64,000 bases of DNA from Caecitellus pseudoparvulus (taxonomy: Eukaryota; Protista; Bigyra: Bicosoecida). The DNA lies in assembly GCA_965644315.1 (NCBI GenBank), contig CBFFRQ010000069.1:62001-126000 (forward strand). Reading direction: 5' to 3'. This document shows, piece after piece, positions 59,996 to 64,000 of this stretch (its first letter is position 1; the number at the start of each line of letters is the position of its first letter). A program made the position numbers and the translations under genes. Below the pieces are notes generated by a model that was given only the letters and a program-made list of their open reading frames with translations, was not told the origin of the DNA and did not search any database.

Positions 59996-62900
59996 ATGGC
60001 TGCGCACGGCTCGGACGATGACGACGCGTGGGACTTGGACATGCGAGAAGTTGTAGATGATAAACCCAAGGAGCCGCCGTCCAAACGGCTGCAGAAAGAG
60101 GTGTGTGGGGGAGCGCCACGCCGAGTGCTGCGCGAGGCCAGTCGCAGCGGCCACGCACCACCCGCCCGGCTCGCACGCTGCCCAGCTTGAGCACGTCATG
60201 TCTCACACCGAGCTAGGGTACTACTGGGATACCGTGCAAACCATTTTGTCCGCGGTGGCTTGCGTCGTTTACATTGGCTCGACGTACGCGGAAGCCTTCG
60301 GCGAGCTACCGTTGGGCATCATCATCTTCGAGTGGACCACTTTCTTTGTCTTCCTGGCCGACTACCTGCTGCACATGTTCCTGGCAGAGTCCCGTGTGCA
60401 GTACGTGCTCAGTGGACCTGCCATTGTGGACCTGCTGGCCATCCTGCCCATCATCTCCATTGCCACGGACGCCCGCATCGGCTTCCTTCGCATCCTGCGA
60501 GTGTTCCGAATCCTGCGCATCCTCAAGGGGTACAAGGCTTTCGACACGCCAACAGGGCCGGAGGCAGATCAGGTCGTCTCCCGCCAAATTGTGTACCTGG
60601 GCTTCTTCATGGTGTCCGTCATTTTCATTGGCGCAGGCATGGTGCATGCCGTGGAGCTGTTCATGCCTGATTCGTTCGAGTGGCCGGCCAGCGCGAACTG
60701 TGACTTCTCAAGTTTGGAGGGGCTGGAATACCACGAATTTCCCAGGGACTGCCAGATGGACTACCTCTCTGCCGTGTACTTCATCGTGGTGACGGTGACC
60801 ACAGTCGGGTACGGCGACATCAACCCCAAGAACATCCTCGGGCGCGTCGTGATTCTGGGCATTCTCGTGCCTCTCTTCGTCATCGTTCCTCAGGAAATAT
60901 CCAAGCTCACAGACCTCCTGGAGAAGCAGAGCAAGTACACGGCGCCCCTATCAGGCTCCAAGGGCGGCCATGTGGTGGTGTGTGGGGACTTACAGTACAG
61001 TGTCGCAATGGCCTTCCTGTCTGAGTTCTTCCACCCTGACCACGGAGATCAAAAGATGAAGGTGGTCTTTCTGCGGCCGTACGAACCTGACCCTTCCCTC
61101 GTCGGGCTGCTCACTGACCAGGTCTTCGCTGACAGGGTGCAGTACATCCGGGGGACGCCACTCAGCACGCACCACTTGGGCAAGGCCAAGCTGCAGGATG
61201 CCGCGGCCGTGTTCGTCCTCACGAACCAGTTCAATGCCGATAGCACCATCGCCGACGCGACGGCCGTGCTCATGGTCAAGGCCATCAAGTCCGTTTGCCC
61301 TTGGGTGCCGGTGTTTTGCCAGCTCATTTCGCCGTCGTCCACCAAGCACACGTGGGCCGAGTGGGACAGCCTTGTCTGCATCGAGCAACTCAAAATGGGC
61401 ATTCTGGCTCGCTCCTGTGTCTGCCCGGGTTTCTCTACGCTGGTCGCTAATTTAGTGGCGTCCTCTTCTGAAGTGGACCCCTCCCGCCTGCCCAAGGCTG
61501 AGAAGCAGTGGGTGACAGAGTACACGCGAGGGTACGGACAGGAAGTGTACACGATGGACCTGAGTCCCAATTTTTCGGGGCTGCTCTTCTCAGAGGTGGT
61601 GAACAAGTGCTACCTGTTGTTCGGCGTGTGCGTCTTCGGCATCCAGCAGCGCCCCAAGCAGGACATGGACGCACAGGAACTGTCCGACGAGACGGATGAA
61701 GAGCGCAGGCGGCGCCTTGCCGCTGAGCAGGCCTCGAAAATGGGCCAGCAGCAAGGCACTGGCGGGCCATCAAGCAGCCAAGACATCCTGGCGCGTGCCT
61801 TGAAGGAGCGGGAGCGGCGGGCGTCTGCACAGATCCTCATCAATCCCCGGGACTACATCGTGCGCACCGGCGACCGCGCCTTCATGATCGCTGACGACGT
61901 CACCTCTGCCATGAAGGTGCAGCAATGGGATGGCAAGGTGGACAAGCCTACACACCGTCTTCTTGCCATGCTCAGCATCTCACCTGCGAAGAAGGCCACC
62001 TTCCGGCGCCTGAACAACAACTTGGGACCCTTCCTGCGCTCGGCAAAGCCCATCATCGCCGGGGCGCCGGTTCGCCAAGGCGGAATGCTGCCGATCTCAC
62101 CTGCAGTCCCTGTTGCGGCAAATGCTGGTGATGAGCAGCCGCTGCTGGCCACACCGTCCCCTGCGGCGCCGTCGACTGCACCATACACGCCAGTTCAGCC
62201 GCCAGTTCCAGCTCTTGTCGACCCTGGGACTTCTTGCATCCACGGGCCTATGGTGGGGCAAGTCATCCCTGATGCAAGCGGGCTGTCGGGTCACATCGTG
62301 CTGTGCGGCGCCTCTGCTGCCTCCTCCGCCTTGCCCGTGTTTGTGAAGTACTTGAGGGCCATCACAGACAAGCCAGTTGTGGTGCTGCACCCGTTGCTCA
62401 ACGCGCCGCCAGCGCTACCGCAGCCGGAATGCCGAAATGTCGCCTTTGTCGTCGGCTCTGCCCTTGAACTGGCAGACTTGGAGGCCGCTGGAATGGCACG
62501 CGCCAGTGTCGGGGTGGTGCTGGCAAACCCTGAGGAAGCTGCTGAGCAAGAGGCGGTCGGGATGACCTCCTCGTCCATGGTGGGTCTCAACGCGGACATT
62601 GAGGCTGTGTTCACTGTGTGTGTAATTGAAGCGAACTTTCCCACCTGCAGGACGCTGGTGGAAGTGGTGGACAACGACTCCATGCGCTTCCTCAACTTCA
62701 AGCCCAGTGCAGACCATGTGCCGCACACGTTGTGGCCCCAATACGCCTGTGGCCGTGTGTACATGAGTTCGACCCTGGACACCCTCATCTGCCAGTCCTT
62801 CTACAACGAAGCCCTCATTCCTGTGCTGGGCCGGCTCATCACTGGCAGTCGGGCTTTCACAGAAGAGGAGGTGGAGCTCGCTGCCCAGCTGAGTGCGGAG

Positions 62901-63326
62901 GAGTCAGACAGCACTTCCCGCTCGGGGGCTTGGGTGGAGAATGCGAACGTCATGCAGCTGCGCGTTCCAGCCCCATACAGGCGCAGGCCTTATCGGGACC
63001 TGTTCATGGAGCTGTTGCTGACTCGGAGCATTCTCCCGCTGGGCGTGTACCGGTCGCACAGCGTGCACCGTGGCGCGCTGCTCGACTACGTCCTGTGCAA
63101 CCCGGCGCCAGATCTCATCCTCCATCCCTCAGACAAGCTGTTTGTGCTCGTAGGGAACAAACTCGTGAAGGAGGCATATGCCAACCTTACCCCCAGCACG
63201 CCTGCTGCGGTTGGCAGCGGCCAACCTGCCGTCACTCCGCTGCAAGGCACCTTGCACCTGCACGCCACGCCGCAGGACAGCAAGGCAGGCCCATTCCCTG
63301 GCCAAGCCGCCGGCACTGGGCTGTAG
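59996..63326 (+). CDS. Slo/BK-family potassium channel (6TM plus two RCK domains); intron 60101-60185
   Basis: S4 FLRILRVFRILRILK, pore TVTTVGYGD, RCK1 HVVVCG...EFFHPD, LKMGILARSCVCPGFSTLVANL, EYTRGYGQEVY, RCK2 HIVLCG, LDTLICQSFYN, VLCNP. Confidence 0.95.
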
Positions 63327-63384
63327 CTCATTTTTTCCCGCGTTGAATGTGAAAATGCATTGCCGTTTATTGAAGGGGCATGCT

Positions 63385-64000
63385 CTACGTAGCGGCTCCG
63401 ACGGCCAAGGTGGCAGGTGGTGCACCTTGCACCGGTCCCGGCTGTGCATCAGCTCTGCCCGCAAAGTCTTCCCCTTGATCAGTCGCGGCAACAGTCCCAT
63501 GGCTGTGATCACAGCAAGAGCTTTGGCAGCCTTGGCGTTGGAGACCACGAGCTCGAAGCTGCGCATCCCGCACCACGAGCAGCACCTCGTTTTTGCCTGC
63601 AATGCCCGCCAGTCGCCCAGCAGTCAACCGCCGAGGCCCTCGCAAGCCCAGAAACTGCATCACATTGTGCACCGTCGAGTCCCAAGAGAAGGGGTTGAAA
63701 TACGACACTGCCAGCGCGGGCATGCGTTGAGCAAGGTGGCCGATAAACGCCTGCACCTGGGCAGGCGTTCCAGGGGGAATGCCTGGAACAGACGAGGGGG
63801 GGATGGGCGTCCCACTGGGGCCAGCCAGGGAGAGGAAGTGGTGGTACCGCTGCAGACCCATGACTTCGTTCGTGGTGATGTTCTGTGCCATGGCGTACGG
63901 GACGTGGAACACCAACAAGTTCCCAGTGAGCACCGCGCCGAAAGCGGCACACGCGAAGGACAACCAGGGAACGATACCGCGCCCAACAGTGATGGCCCAC
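63385..64000 (-). CDS. DHHC palmitoyltransferase, 3' part (5' end lies outside the window)
   Basis: TM segment followed by NITTNE (TTxE) and YFNPFS...HNVMQFL (PaCCT-like); the DHHC motif itself is not in the window. Confidence 0.78.
   Translation of the reverse strand, partial: WAITVGRGIVPWLSFACAAFGAVLTGNLLVFHVPYAMAQNITTNEVMGLQRYHHFLSLAGPSGTPIPPSSVPGIPPGTPAQVQAFIGHLAQRMPALAVSYFNPFSWDSTVHNVMQFLGLRGPRRLTAGRLAGIAGKNEVLLVVRDAQLRARGLQRQGCQSSCCDHSHGTVAATDQGEDFAGRADAQPGPVQGAPPATLAVGAAT

Overview
GC-rich, very gene-dense eukaryotic (protist) genomic DNA with short spliceosomal introns (about 65-110 nt, GTGCGT/GTGAGT donors, mostly near gene 5' ends). Gene content (CFAP57-like, CCP/AGBL5, fibrocystin-L-like, HAP2) implies a flagellated organism. 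A heterotrophic stramenopile is a guess and cannot be proven from this window. About 20 protein-coding genes can be supported. Recognisable genes: HAP2/GCS1 gamete fusogen, SEC23, a BRCT-SWIM-RING protein, OST3/OST6, a cytosolic carboxypeptidase with a frame break, queuine tRNA-ribosyltransferase, PEX19, mitoferrin, a prenylated ankyrin protein with a (Gly-Thr)16 repeat, EVE/THYN1, a 2.5-kaa CFAP57-like protein, a 3.86-kaa PKHD1L1-like protein, a Rim2/SLC25A33-36 carrier, an HhH-family protein, a Slo/BK-type K+ channel and a partial DHHC palmitoyltransferase. The main novelties are (1) three paralogues of an unrecognised multi-pass membrane protein family sharing intron positions, a Cys cluster and a terminal CPF...[YF]DxC motif, and (2) an intact intronless HAP2 that indicates capacity for sex. 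I found no supportable RNA genes, CRISPR arrays or mobile elements. Exon structures were assembled by eye from GT-AG sites and reading-frame continuity.
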